A stretch of DNA of 64,000 nt from contig OZ024752.1 in the NCBI GenBank assembly GCA_964016885.1, positions 13,330,001-13,394,000 of the forward strand. The letters are read 5' to 3'. Under the pieces are notes generated by a model. That model ran no database searches, had not been told where the DNA came from, and was given only the letters and a program-made list of their open reading frames with translations. The position numbers and the translations under genes are program-made. Shown one piece after another: positions 1 through 13,178 of this stretch (its first letter is position 1; every line of letters starts with the position of its first letter). This DNA is from Eledone cirrhosa (taxonomy: Eukaryota).

Positions 1-1550
1 CATTCTCTACCACATGTTTGGCAAGCATGATGAGTAGCATCTCCAACAGCAGCCTGGTAGTCAACCACTGGTCTTACTTTATGACTGCGAAGATGACTTT
101 CGAGTCCAGCTTTGCTTAGGCAGAGTCTCGCACAGACGCTGCATGTCAGAAACATAGGAGGACCCTCGCCGTCTGGAAGTGCAACAGCAATACCCTTCCT
201 CACGTCCCGCTTTACTTTCTCGTGTGCGATTCGAGATGCCTCAAAGGCAACTTTTCCCTCATATACAGTCTTTCTCCATTTATTACGATCAGCAGCAATA
301 TTTTCCCATGTATCAGCAGAGATGTTAGCGTCTTTCAGAGAGGCCTTCAAGGAATCCTTATACCTCTTTTTTGGTTTATGTGGCGGTCGTTTTCCTTTAA
401 CCAACTCTCCATAGAAGAGTTGTTTTGGTATTCTAGAATCCTTCATCCTGGCAAGGTGACCACTCCAACGGAGTCGCTGCTTAAGCACAAGAGCTTCTAT
501 ACTGTCACACATAGAGCTTTCCAAAATCTCGACATCACTGATGTGGTCCCTCCAGCGAACGCCATGTATCCGTCTGAGACACATCTGATGGAAACGCTCC
601 AATTGCTTAAGGTGGCGTCGATATGTGACCCAGGTCTCGCAGGCATAAAGAAGACAAGAGAGTACACATGCCCTGTACACCCTTACCTTTGTCCTCCTGC
701 ATATGTCTCGCCGACCCCAGAGTCGCCTTTCTAGCTTTCCGAAAGCATCACTTGCTTTCCTAATCCTAAGTGAGATTTCACTGTCAAGGTTGCCGTATCG
801 ATTGACAGTGCTTCCCAGGTAGACAAACTGATCAACCACTCCAAGTCGTTTGCCATACACATAGATGTTTGGTTCAGTGTACTGCCTACCAGGTGCAGGT
901 TGGTACATGACGACGGTTTTCTTGAGACTGACAGTCAAACCCAGGGCAGTGCAAGCGTCAGAAAATACATTCAAAATGTGCTGCATATCACTCTCTGTGT
1001 GCGCTACAAGATCGCAATCATCTGCATACAAGAGGTCTCTTATGACTGATGTAAATACTTTTGTCTTCGCAGCAAAGCGCCTGATGTTAAATATGCTGCC
1101 TGAGGTTCGATATCGGATGTAAACACCATGCTCGCAATTCCTGAATGCAATACAGAAAACCATTGCAAAGTATATGGCAAACAGGGTCGGTGCTGGAATA
1201 TCCCCCTGTTTCACTCCATTTTTTACTGAGATAGGCTCCGACATGTTACCTCCGACATTAACCCAAGCCTTCATGTCGTCATGGAAAGACCTAACTAAAG
1301 CAAGGAACTTATCAGGGCAACCAAGTTTCTGGAGAACCTTCCATAATGCATCTCTGTTGACAGTATCGAAAGCCTTTGTCAGATCGACAAAAACCTGATA
1401 CAGATCCAAGCCCTGTTCAATGCACTTCTCCTGGAGCTGTCTAGCTGAGAAGATCATATCAGTAGTGCCGCGTCCAACACGAAAACCAGATTGACTTTCA
1501 GGAAGGACACAATCTGCAATGTGTGTCAGCAGACGGTCCAGAAGCACCCT
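1..1550 (-). mobile_element. RTE-clade LINE, 5'-truncated; RT and C-terminal region, running off the window edge
   Basis: Minus-strand translation from 1550 gives RVLLDRLL..LPESQSGFR..QEKCIEQ..VFVDLTKAFDTVNR..GVKQGDIPAPTLF..LLYADDCD, and in the same frame near the edge CSVCARLCLSKAGLESHLRSH (C2H2) followed by CQTCGRE. The 5' end abuts a (TACA)n microsatellite. Confidence 0.93.
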
Positions 1551-2004
1551 ACATAAAACTATACATACATATATACATATATACATATATACATACATAC
1601 ATATAAAGTATAGATATGTGTGTTTGTGTATGTGTGTATGTGCATGTGTGTTTTGTTTTGATGTTATCCGGCAATTGACGAAATCAGGTGTGAAAGTATG
1701 TGTATTTGTGTGTGTTGCCCGTCCCTCTGTTTCTCTTTCCCTGTCTCTCTTTCCTCTCTCCTCTCTCTCTCTCTTTAGATGTGTGTGTGTGTGTGTAGTT
1801 TTCCTAATCTGACTCTTTCACTCTCTGTCTCTCTAAGAGGGTTGCCTTTTGATGTATGTATTACCTGTTTGAAACGGAAAGGAAAAGAGTATTGTCATAT
1901 AGAGAGTGAAGAGAGACAAAGAGTAAAGCAGTTAAATTATAGAGAGGGTGAAAGAGGGAGAGAGAGAGACGACGCTCAGCTTTATAATATTATAGATATA
2001 TATA

Positions 2005-2169
2005 TAGGAAAATATTTAACCCCGACGGCAGAGCTCAAGCATAACCGTCGAAACGGCTTGAGCTCTGCCGTCGGGGTTAAAAATTTTCCTATTACCCACT
2101 CTACTACCCTAAGTATTGAGTACTCTGGTGCGTTATGGTCCATCTGGTTCCTTACCACACCTCCTTCGT

Positions 2170-2170
<1 letters not shown>
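2005..2170. repeat. Foldback island carrying the 3' half of a hammerhead; related copy at 16710-16863
   Basis: ttaaccccgacggcagagctcaagc ... gcttgagctctgccgtcggggttaa is an inverted repeat. The right arm reads ccgtc-GAAAC-ggc-ttgagctct-gcc-GTC-gggg. Confidence 0.7.
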
Positions 2171-2229
<59 letters not shown>

Positions 2230-2234
<5 letters not shown>

Positions 2235-2415
2235 ATACTTTGGGAGGGTCATGTTGCCAATAAGAAACACACGCACCCATAACTTTCACTCCAATTTATT
2301 ATAAATTAAATTTATAAATTTAAGAATTTATAAATTTCCGGTTGGTTGGTTGTCAAAGTTCTTTCGTCACACATTCTGTGACCTCTTCAGTGACTGGGGA
2401 TTTTTTTCTTTGTTT

Positions 2416-2420
<5 letters not shown>
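2230..2420 (-). mobile_element. Non-autonomous (TA)n-embedded repeat, family A (copies at 18040-18290 + and 56680-57185 -)
   Basis: Shared sequence tactttgggagggtcatgttgccaataagaaacacacgcacc...aatttccggttggttggtt...; each copy carries a hammerhead. Confidence 0.8.
2352..2394 (-). ncRNA. Minimal type I hammerhead ribozyme (family A)
   Basis: rc: gtca-CUGAAGA-g-gucaca gaaug ugugac-GAAAG-aa-CUU-ugac. Confidence 0.75.
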
Positions 2421-2476
<56 letters not shown>

Positions 2477-3144
2477 CTATTAACTGATTAATTTAATTAG
2501 ACAATTCTATTGATTAATTAATTGTTTATGTTTGTTTGATAACTTCTAGTTGAGTGCTTAATTCGGTTTGTCTAAAGGAATTTTATTCCTTTGTCCCAAA
2601 TTTCGAATTGACCGCCAAAACGGGGGTTACCTCCCTTTAGGAAAACCACGTGTCTCTAGCGAAGTTTACTGCTAGAAAATACACCCGTTGAGGAATAGAA
2701 CGAAAAACTTGTTGACGAAGTAAACTCCTTTGTTCTGTCGTCAAAAGCCATTAACTTGCAGACCCCTGCAAGGGGAATTTGTCGATCCCGGACTTACAGA
2801 AACCTAGTGGAGATGTTGTATGTTATATGTGATGTATATTGTATGTGATATGTGGTGTATATTGTATGTGATATGTGGTGTATATTGTATGCTATACGTT
2901 ATGTGTTGCTTTTGATGTCTACGCCGCGGTTCAGGTCAGTCAAAAATGTTTCCTGAGTTCAGTTTTTTTCGTCGCTATGGCAATGCGGCCCGACCATCCG
3001 TCGCAGTGTTTGATTTGCAAAGCTGTCTAAAGGTAATGTTATAACTCTGGGGTAATATTCTCCATTGAGTGCTTAGCCGCACACCGAGTCTGCACTCGTT
3101 AGCTTGGCTGCTGCCAGAAGCTTCGTTGATGCTGTACTAAAATT

Positions 3145-3189
<45 letters not shown>

Positions 3190-3202
<13 letters not shown>

Positions 3203-3677
3203 TGTATTCCTGTTTGTTTGTTTGTTCACGAACTCCTCCTATGGTTTTGGAGATAGACCCCCATAACCATATATATTCTGAAACTACATTGCCCGGGGTA
3301 CTTGGATAAGTATATTTAATTTTAATCAAAGGGTTCCCCGGGGGCACAAAACCCCGCTGAAAATGATTTCCCTTCGATTTATATGAAATTTAAACCATAG
3401 GTAAATAACAAGTTATGATGCCTATTCACAAAAGTTTTGAATTGATATTTTGAAAAAAATTATTTACAAGAAACGAAATAAGAATAAGATTTAATAAAGT
3501 AATTTTGATTTGATATATTACAAAAAATAATTTCCTAATTTTCATGCATTACATTTTACATTGAGTAATATTGAAATGCAAAGTTTTTCTCCATAAATTA
3601 TATCACTGATTTAAAATCAATCATCATTTTCTTACAAAAAATGTGTGAAATGAAGCAAGGCGCGGGTACTTCGGCTA

Positions 3678-3679
<2 letters not shown>
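3190..3679 (+). mobile_element. Non-autonomous Helitron-like element
   Basis: 5' tatatataaagttgtattcc(tgtt)n; 3' GC-rich segment gcaaggcgcgggtac..ggCTAG-t. Confidence 0.5.
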
Positions 3680-3731
<52 letters not shown>

Positions 3732-3885
3732 TAGCCGAATTACTAGACATTTCTGTTAGGATCGTCTGGTTTCCTGAGTGTTGTTTATTAGGTAATCAAA
3801 TAGCTCTGTATTATACATAGACCACTCATCTTTCCTTTATCTTTTCTAGGAAATACACAGACACACATACACATACACACACGTG

Positions 3886-3920
<35 letters not shown>

Positions 3921-4371
3921 ATACACACACATATATATATACATATATATGTGTGTGTGTGTCTGATGGTAGCTAAGATGCTTCCATAGGCGGTATGCCG
4001 GTTGAGCACTCTATGCTCTGACAGAACAGAGTATGATATAATAGAAAACGAAAAATCAGTGATGCATCTGAACTCAATTTATTGTGTGTTACAATTGTTT
4101 TAGACGCGATTATTGTGTGGATCCACGCGTCTCGAGCTGTCTGCCGGCGAAATAATTGTAACCCACAATAAATTGATTTCAAATGCATCATTGATTTTTC
4201 GTTTTCTATTATATATATATATATATATACTTAGGTTAATAGGAGTTAGGTATTGTATACCCGTGTCCCATTAAGGTATTGGCAGCATAATAATTAGCTC
4301 TATGCTTTGGAGCAGATCCGTATATATGATAAAGAACACAAGAGCGTCTACAACATCAAAATATTTTTATT

Positions 4372-4418
4372 GGCTTACAATGTTTCTTCCTTAAATAACC
4401 GTAGGATTCGTCAGAGCT
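4372..4418 (-). ncRNA. Minimal type I hammerhead ribozyme
   Basis: rc: agcu-CUGACGA-a-uccu acgguuauuua agga-a-GAAAC-auu-GUA-agcc. Confidence 0.8.
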
Positions 4419-4874
4419 ATAAAAGGGGTTTGATTGGTGTTATGGACTCTACCAACCAAACATTCAAGAACAAAGAGTAAAGAGAGTAAAGGGCAAAAGT
4501 AGGGGACGATAAGTCTAATTTTGGTGCGGGAGGGTGGGGTGTGGGTCCTTGTTTACTAGCTGCGATCATATTCATTCCCGGGAGTCGGGTGGTTAGCTGA
4601 ACCATAGATGGGGTGGCGTCGATAGTATGGTGCAGAGGGTGCGCAGAGGCTACACAAACACAAAGGGCATACAATATATATATATATAAAGGAGGATAAA
4701 AGTGGAAATAATAAAGATTAAAAAATATATAGAGAATATATAAAAAAATATAAGCGAATATTTGGAGGGGAAAACACAATGTAAAAAAACGATTTTTTCA
4801 AATAATAAACCTTTAAACCTTTCGTCTCTCTTATATATCCTCAGATGTATATTTTAACTTTTTTTTAAAACTTT

Positions 4875-7650
4875 GTGTACACGTGTGCTTGTGGACAGGA
4901 AATACCTGGGTTGGCGCGCAGATAGCCCGCTGAGTGAGATGCCGTCTTAGATGTTGTCACAACACTTCTTTAGGAGAGGGGAAACTCTGAATAAATACCT
5001 GCGGTGTTGAGCGCACCCGATGATGTTGATCAGTTCTTCTTTTCGGTACATGCTCTCCATGCTCAGAGAGTGGGATTGGTTCTGTGCAAGGCTTTTCTTG
5101 ACTTAAAAAACTTGCAATCACAGGTATCGCCTGATCGATTTGAACAAATAAGTTGTTGCATTGTGGCTGGCCGTAGCCAAAAAAGGCACAAATATTCGAT
5201 GATCAACCATGATAATGTACGAATTAATGTGGGGGCTCTGGAACTGATGGTGAAAGGGTCTGGCCCGGCAGGTGTCTCATGGCACTGCAGTATGGGCCCT
5301 GTCATCATCCTGCCACTGCGAAGAAGTTGTTGAAACCTATGAATATCGGTTGCTGGAACATCCGGACCTTATTAGATTTGGTGTCTTCAGAATCACGACC
5401 AGAAAGAAGATCAGCTCTTGTTGCCAAAGTGCTGGGACGATACAATATGGACATTGTTGCCTTATCTGAAACAAGGCTACTCGAAGAGGGTCAAATCACT
5501 GAGATGTCCAGTGGCTATACGTTTTACTGGAGTGGCAGAGCAACAGGATGCAAAAGGGAGGCAGATGTGACTTTTGCAGGGAAAACGTCTTTGGTGTCAA
5601 CACTTGACCAGTTTCCAAGTGGCATCAGTGATCGTCTCATGTCAATGAGAATTCCTCTGATGTACAATCGCTACCTTACCATTGTCACTGTATATGCCCC
5701 GATGATGAACTCCAATGAAGACGAGAAACTCGCCTTTTACAGGTCTTTGAAGGAACTTGTCAAAAAGATTCTTTCAGCAGACAAAATTGTCGTAGTTGGT
5801 GATTTCAACGCACGTGTTGGCCGGGATTATGAGACTTGGGATGTGATCGGCAGACATGACATAGGGAAATGTAACAGCAATGCTCTCCCCTGCTACAGAT
5901 GTGTGTGGAGTTAGATTTGTTCATTTCAAGCATGATGTTCCAGCAAAAGGATAAGTTCAAGACATGGATGCACCCTGGGTCGAAGGTGTGGCATATGATC
6001 AACTATGTTCTTGTGAAGAAACGTGACGTGCAGAATACCAAGCATACGCATGTGCTACGTGGCGCAGAGTGCTGGACAGACCATCGTCTGGTGCGCGCCA
6101 AGGCAAACTTTATGATCAAACCTCAAACAATTGTAAATAGTGTCAAAATTCCAAAGCGCTTGAATATATATCGTATGAAAGATAAGGGTGTCAAGGAAGA
6201 GCTGCGTCGCAGGATTAAAAGCATTGATTGTGCGAACAACTGGAATGACTTAGGAGCTCGGTCTATGAGGCTTCAGCAGAAGTCTTTGGCTTTGTCGCAA
6301 GAAAACACAAGGGATGGTTTGATGAGAATGACCGGGAGGTCAAGGCTCTGTTGGACAAAAAACAAAAGGCACTCGATACAGTTCTTAAAAGTGGTAGCTC
6401 AATTATGAGCGTTACAGACAAGTAAAGAAGAGGGTGCAGGTGAAACTCAGGGCCATGCAAGATACCTGGTGGAGCAACAAAGCAGATGAATTTAAAGCGA
6501 CATCTGATGGCAACAATGTGAAACTGCTGCACACTCTACTCGGAGAGGTTTATGACCTTTTCAGCACACCAGTGACACCATTGAGATCAAAAGATGGCAA
6601 GCAGTTACTGCGCGATCTAAAAGAAACACTCGACAGATGGTGAGATCACTTTGATGAGCTCTTAAACCAGCCATCCCAGGTTGATGATTTCGCCCCATTC
6701 CTATTGAACCAGTGAAGCATGAGATGGCTGATGTACCTTCTCGTGCAGAGGTGACTTCTGTTGTGCATAAGCTGAACTGTGGTAAATCTCCTGGTATGAA
6801 TGGTCTGAGTGCAGAGGTTTTGAAGTGCGGTGGTGAAAACTTCACGCAGCGCCTGACTGAACTTATGAAAAAGGTGTGGAAAGATGAGAATTCCCCACAA
6901 GATTGGAAGGATACACTCATGGTGATTCTCATTAAAGGAAAGGGTGGGAAGGACAAATGTGGCAATTATCGTGGCATATCACTTCTTTCAGTAGTTGGTA
7001 AAGTCATGTGTCGAATTTTGATGGATAGATTGATCTCAGGGGTTTCTCTGAATATGTTGCCTGAGTCGCAGTGTGGGTTCGGAAACGAAAGAGAAACAGT
7101 GGATATGATCTTTTCTGCTCGGCAGCTGCAAGAAATGTGTATCGAACAATGTATGGACCTTTACCAGTTCTTTGTTGACTTGACAAAGGCCTTTGATACC
7201 GTCAATCGAACTGCGTTCTGGAAATTTTTGGAAAATCTTGGCTGCCCTCCAAAGTTTGTGAAGATTCTGCGTCTTTTTCATGATGACATGAAGGCTTGGG
7301 TCACTGGTGGTAGCATCTCTGAAACAATATCAGTGAAGCAGGGGGACATTCCAGCTCCAACTCTGTTTTTCTTATATTTTATGTTAGTGTTTCTCATGGC
7401 ATTCAGGAAAAAATTGTTCGCATGGGGTTTACATCAGGTATCGCACTTCGGGAAGGTTGCTCAACACGAGGCGCTTTAGTGAAAGCTTGAAGGTAATAAC
7501 ATCTATAATCCGAGAGTTTTTGTATGCAGATGTCTGCGATCTTTTTGCACACTAACAAAGTGACATGCAGCATATTATGAACTATTTTTCTGAAGCTTTC
7601 AGCGCTCTGGGCCTCACAATAAGCTTGGAAAAGACTGTTGTGCTCTGCTG
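4875..7650 (+). mobile_element. Decayed RTE-clade LINE (5'UTR, APE endonuclease, RT), 3'-truncated
   Basis: ORF fragments 5279-5914 (NIGCWNIRTL, DIVALSETR, VVGDFNARVG), 5899-6408 (TDHRLV) and 6712-7479 (NYRGISLL, FVDLTKAFD, VKQGDIPAP), with LYADVC at ~7520-7540. Several frameshifts and stops. Confidence 0.93.
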
Positions 7651-7774
7651 TCGCGGTGGAGGGCCTGAAACACCTACAGAGTTACTTCACCATCTGATGA
7701 GAAATCGGCTCCTGCATTCGGAGACGGAGTACAGCAGCAAACTCAGTAGAGATCTGTGTTTACCAAGAAGTGAC

Positions 7775-7990
7775 GGTGCGTGGCTGAGTGATTAGAGAAT
7801 TGGATTCGCAATCGTGAGGTTGTGAGTTCGATTCCCGGACCGGCCGATGCATTATGCCCTTGAGCAAGATACTTTATTTTACGTTGCTCATTCTATCTGG
7901 ATTTGCGACCGATAGATAGTATTTGCAATTGTAAAGACCAATGGAAACATTGTTTCCTCGGTCCGATTTAACGATTGTTGATCGACTGTT
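7775..7990 (+). mobile_element. tRNA-derived SINE, family 2
   Basis: A box tggctgagtgattag, B box gagttcgattccc, then gcattatgcccttgagcaagatactttattt; copies at 11317, 29778 and 48102. Confidence 0.85.
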
Positions 7991-8027
7991 AATATATATC
8001 TTCGACTTATGATAGAAAATTGTCTTC

Positions 8028-8205
8028 TACTTTCTTCTTCTTCGCTCACTTACTTATTACTGAGAGGGTGGTGGGGGTCGTCGAACTCCTTCCACTGGCT
8101 TCTATCAGAAGCAACCCCCAAAAGAAACCATCTTGCTCGAGGTTTAACCCCTGGCTCTCCTTCCGGTTGGTTTTGCCAATAAAATGTGTTCAATGATTAC
8201 AGAAA
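8028..8205 (-). mobile_element. LINE 3' end with (GAA)n tail
   Basis: Similar to 50340-50612 and 15375-15745; (ttc)n tail on the + strand. Confidence 0.55.
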
Positions 8206-8593
8206 ATTATGTTTCCTTCCTTTCTTCCTTCCTTCCTTCCTTCCTTCCTTCCTTCCTTCCTTCCTTCCTTCCTTCCTTCCTAAGACACCTGCATGATACC
8301 ATGGTTGACATCGTCTCTTTATCAGGGATGAACAATGGGTTAGGTTTCTCACCTTCCCTCCTAATCACAAAGATTATCACTGTCTTACAGTAGACGACAG
8401 GTTAATATAGACCTATAAACGGTCACCAATTTGTTAGAAATTGCAGCCAAATTCTCCTTTAAATCCTACCATCCTAACTTAAAAATAAATGGTCATATGT
8501 AGTCTTAGATCAAGTGCGAAATAAAAAAAAAACCGGATGACCACGACAGGAATGTCTTTGGTCATATGCTGTGTCACTAGATAGCAACTACTA

Positions 8594-8770
8594 TAATTGT
8601 TTCTACTTTTGGCACAAGACCAGCAATTACCCCAGTGCATTACTGGTGCTTTATTTTACCAACACCGTAAGAATGAAAGGCAAAGTTAAACTCGGCGGGA
8701 TTTGAACTCAGAATGTAAAGGGCTATAACTCTATGCTGCAAAGCATGGTGTCTGACGCCCTACCGATGTC
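8594..8770 (-). mobile_element. tRNA-derived SINE, family 1 (octopus OR-like)
   Basis: rc contains ctgagttcaaatcccgccgag...tttgcctttcat...gccttgtgcc..tagaaacaattat; many copies in the window. Confidence 0.85.
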
Positions 8771-8950
8771 ATTGATTCAGCAAGACATTTTATTTCCCGT
8801 TGCTCCAATACATACAGATGACGAGTTAATCCTGCAATAGCCCGCTGTCTTGTCGAGAGGGATGTCTTTTACCCTCAGACACTTAGCACCAAAGAAACTG
8901 GGGGTAAGCAACGGCCTGATGAGCCTTCGGCTTAGAACATATTTTAATTA

Positions 8951-9108
8951 CCGTATTTCCCGACGCTTCGTCCTTGAGGACGCACCCTAATTTTGACAAC
9001 CAAAAATTTGAAAAAAATAGTGAACAAACTTCGGCCTCCAGGACGCATGGTAGATATTTGAGACTTATTTTAGTAAAAAAGTAGCGTCTTCGACGCCGGG
9101 AAATACAG
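8951..9108. mobile_element. Tc1/pogo-type MITE
   Basis: TA|ccgtatttcccgacg ... cgccgggaaatacag|TA: terminal inverted repeats with a TA target duplication. Confidence 0.75.
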
Positions 9109-9391
9109 TATTCTAAAGAAGGATTACAACAGAACAAACCAACAACCAATTACTCCAATGCTAACGCTTTACTATTCTACGTCCAATAAAACATCTATAG
9201 TTATGTAGTTTTATAAACAGGGATTCGGTGTTGAAAGATTTGTAAAAATTTGGTATTTATAATTTGCTTTTATACTTATAAACTTTATATTTAACCTGCT
9301 GTTATAATATAATAAAGTAAGGAGTGCGGGATTGTGTCCTGAATATATTTTTTTTATCCTGTTAGTAAAATAAGTTGGATTACTTTGAATA

Positions 9392-9690
9392 AATAATTGT
9401 TTCTACTTTAGGCACAAGGCCAGCAATTACCCAGTGCATTACTGGTACTCTATTTTATCGACCCTGTAACTTTATTTTATCAACCCCATTACTTTGAATA
9501 AATAATTGTTTCTACTTTAGGCACAAGGCCAGCAATAACCCAGTGCATTACTGGTACTTTATTTTATCTACCCCGTAAGGATGAAAGGCAAAGTCAACCT
9601 CGGCGGGATTTGAACTCAGATCGTAAAGGGACGTAACTATGCTGGAAAGCATGGCGTCCGACCCTCTACCAATACTACCAATCCACCGCA
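9392..9690 (-). mobile_element. SINE family 1: one partial and one full copy
   Basis: Same consensus; full copy at ~9500-9690. Confidence 0.85.
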
Positions 9691-10321
9691 CTTTGAATAA
9701 ATAATGAATGAATATTATATAATTTATGTACAAATTTCGTAGCTGTTGATTAAACATAAATATTCTTATATATAATGATTGCTTATTTTAAGATTCGCTT
9801 CTTTTAAAATTTTCAAATGTCAATACTTCCGGTTATGATATAACGGACACATATCATATCTCCTTATAATATATAACCAGCAATTTCACTGTTTGTCTGT
9901 CTGTCCGACAGTGGAAACACGTGCGCGCGTGAGAATGTTTTTTGCGCACGCGTAGAGAGAGAGTGAGAGTGAAAGAAAGAGACAGACTACGAGAGGGGGA
10001 TAGCAGAAGGGAGAGAGGGAGAGAGAGAGAGTGAATAGACGCTAAAACACGTGCGCGCGTGCGAATGTTTTTTGCGCACGCGTAGAGAGAGAGTGAGAGT
10101 GAAAGAAAGAGACAGACTACAAGAGGGGGATAGCGGGAGGGAGAAAGGGGGGAATTGAGGAGTGCTACAGAAACATATATACATTTCTGTGTGTGTGTAA
10201 TATATATATATATACACACACAGAAATATATATATATACACACAGAAATATATATACATTTCTGTGTGTGTAATATATATATATATACACACAGAAATAT
10301 ATATACATTTCTGTGTGTGTA

Positions 10322-10354
<33 letters not shown>

Positions 10355-10431
10355 GAAATGTATATACATTTCTGTGTGTGTAATATATATATATACTAGC
10401 AGAAAACCACACGTGGACGGTTTTCTGCTAG

Positions 10432-11021
10432 TCTCTATATATAAAACTGAGGATGTCTGTCTGTGTGTGTGTGAGTTTGAATCCCTAAAACTAGAGAACC
10501 AACCAACCGACTGTTTTCAAACTTTACACATGTACTACTTATGTTTCAGGCAGTGTTCTAAACAAAAAAATTTAAATTTTCAAAACCCTAGGGACCGCAT
10601 TAGGCGATTTAGCGATCTCTCTCTATAATTGTTATTCTTTCACCTTTTAGATAGATACATACATATAACGTCGCCCCCTTATAATATCTGTCTGTATGTC
10701 TGGTTGTCTGCATTACGTCACTTCCTACAATTCGCTCTGCGTCCAGAACGCGGCCTTATAATATGTGTCTGTATGTCTGGCTGTCTGCTGCATCCGGTTA
10801 TTCTGCCACCCTTGCTCAAGACAAATCTCACACTCATTCCCCAAACAGTTGGTAAGTGCACACAACATCTTCCTCACATTTTAAGCCACAATGTTGCTTA
10901 CTTACGTACCACCAGACCCTTACTTCTTTGCCAGCCGTTGTTGTGGCAATACTAAGCTTAGCTAAGGCGGTTATATATTTCACAATACCTTATTCCGTGC
11001 AACGCCGGGTACCACTTCTAG
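10432..11021 (+). mobile_element. Non-autonomous Helitron-like element
   Basis: Starts TCtctatatataaaactgaggatgtctgtctgtg; ends ccgtgcaacgccgggtaccactt-CTAG|t. It is preceded by another CTAG-ending hairpin (actagcagaaaacc..ggttttctgctagt, 10395-10432). Confidence 0.6.
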
Positions 11022-11316
11022 TTTCTTATATAAACGTTCATATATTTGCATCATAACGTTTATATTTCTGTCGCTAATTTTCACCTTTTTCGTTTTCATT
11101 ACATTTCACCGTAATGCAGTTTATATATAATATCGTCTTTTTTAAATGTATCATGGATTACTTTACTGATTAACAGTAACACAGTCTCTCTTCAATTTCT
11201 GTGCATATTGTTAATTACAATTTTATTTGATGTAATATATCTACATGCATGTATATTTGCGTATAAATATCAATATGCACACCGAAGGGTGGTTTTTCAG
11301 TTAGTATTTATAATGC

Positions 11317-11490
11317 AGGTGCATGGGTTAGTGGTTAAAGAATTGGATACAAAATCGTGAGATTGCGAATTCGATTCCTGGACTGGATAATGCATTATGT
11401 TCTGGAGCAAGACACTTTATTTCACGTTGCTCTTTTTCCCAGGAGTTGCGAACAGTAGATGGTATCAACAATGAAACGAACTATGGCAAT
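11317..11490 (+). mobile_element. SINE family 2, degenerate
   Basis: gtggttaaagaattggat..gaattcgattcctggac..gagcaagacactttatttcacgttgctc. Confidence 0.75.
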
Positions 11491-11679
11491 CGATCCTTAT
11501 ACTTAGAAGCTTTATATAAAATTGGGTGTTTTACTTATAAACTTTATTAAATTGAAACGTATTTCGTTGAACCTTTCACAAGTTGGAATTAAACCCAACG
11601 CTGAAAAACTTTAATCAAATGTATCGTAATCTTTTTTAAAGGGATTTAAAGAATCTTTTTCTTTTTTTTTCACAAATCA

Positions 11680-11758
<79 letters not shown>

Positions 11759-11968
11759 TAAGAAAGGGAAGATAAAACAAATGCATCTCCATCAGTTTCG
11801 ATGGTTAGTATTCACTTCTTCCATCAACTAAACTACCAGCTTATTGAACTAACGTTTAGGTGTTTTATACTTCCATAGACACGTGTATCCTCAATGAAAT
11901 CCTTTGGCAAATCAATGTGGTTCTGTTACACGATAACAAACTATATATACATGTAAATAAATAAATAA

Positions 11969-12013
<45 letters not shown>

Positions 12014-12024
12014 AACCAGATGGA

Positions 12025-12064
<40 letters not shown>

Positions 12065-12316
12065 TCCATCTGGTTCCTAACCACACTTTGTTTATATATA
12101 TATATAATGTAAATACATACAGATATGTAAATAAATCGCGACGCATTTAAACAACGTGCATTGTTGCTATATAAGTGATAGTCATGTGTTTATTGGTTTT
12201 TGTGCCTGTGTATCATATCTATTGATTCAATTTATACAAAAGGTTTACATAAATACCTTATGCGTGGTAACAGCTGGGTTGTGGATAAGATAAAGATGAT
12301 GACGGGACTTGTCTTA

Positions 12317-12840
12317 TACGAGGAGGCTTCAAATGTTTCGTGGAAAAAGTACATAGCTAAAAATCATATGCGGGGATTTTGTACTAACGTGTCATAATAT
12401 GTTCTAACATGAATCCTTGACTGTATGTTGGAACGTGACTGCGCCAGTCGGAAGTCAGCACCCTCTCGAGTAGCATGATCTATATCAAAACATCAAATTC
12501 ATGGAGAAGCTAAGGCGGAAGAGAAGTCAAATCATTGATGCTCTGGAGCAATTTTATGGAGACAATGCTCCAAAGAATTGAACAACCTACAAATGGGTAT
12601 GTCATTTTAGAAGTGAAAGAGGTTGAAGATAATCTCCAGTTGTAGATGTAAAGAAAGCTGCTTTAACATGGTTTAAATTGCATGGCCCTCAGTTTTACAC
12701 AGAGGAACTTGAAGGCTGTTATCAACGCTTGCAGAAGTGTATTGACGTAGATTGAGCATATGTTGAAAAATAAGGATAATAAATTAAACCGTTTTTTTCC
12801 AACTGTCGTTTTTCTACGAACGTTTTGAAGCACCCTCGTA
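12317..12840 (+). mobile_element. Internally deleted mariner transposon
   Basis: TA|tacgaggaggcttcaaatgtttcgtggaaaaa ... tttttctacgaacgttttgaagcaccctcgta|TA. Remnant transposase N-terminus (NIKFMEKL..IIDALEQFYGDNAP..YKW) and C-terminus (QFYTEEL..QRLQKCID..YVEK*). Confidence 0.88.
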
Positions 12841-12980
12841 TACATACATCATCCCCAGAAATGCAAGCTGTATTGTAGGGCGGATCTGCAGCGAATCACA
12901 TGAAATATTTCTTGGTCCTTTTTTAGGACAGCCTAATCTTTCTGTGTGAGATTCTAACAATTCGTTCATCAGATGAAACA

Positions 12981-13046
12981 TCTCTGATGAACGAACAAGA
13001 TATTTCTGTTAGTCTTGTCTAACTTCGTGAAACATTGGGTAATGGA
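12981..13046 (+). ncRNA. Hammerhead ribozyme with long stem II; 5' strand of stem I replaced by a foldback
   Basis: CUGAUGA-acgaa caaga..ucuug..uucgu-GAAAC-auugg-GUA-augga; upstream ttcgttcatcaga is an inverted copy of the core. Confidence 0.6.
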
Positions 13047-13140
13047 ATAATTATATTGTGTTGTTTATTATATAATTAAATAGCTCTGTACTATACATAG
13101 AGCATTCTTCTTTCCTTTACCTTTTCTAGGAAATACATAC

Positions 13141-13178
<38 letters not shown>

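Noticed and set aside
112-1398. Plus-strand ORFs 112-414, 222-734, 865-1122 and 1174-1398
   Set aside because: Antisense shadows of the minus-strand RTE frame.
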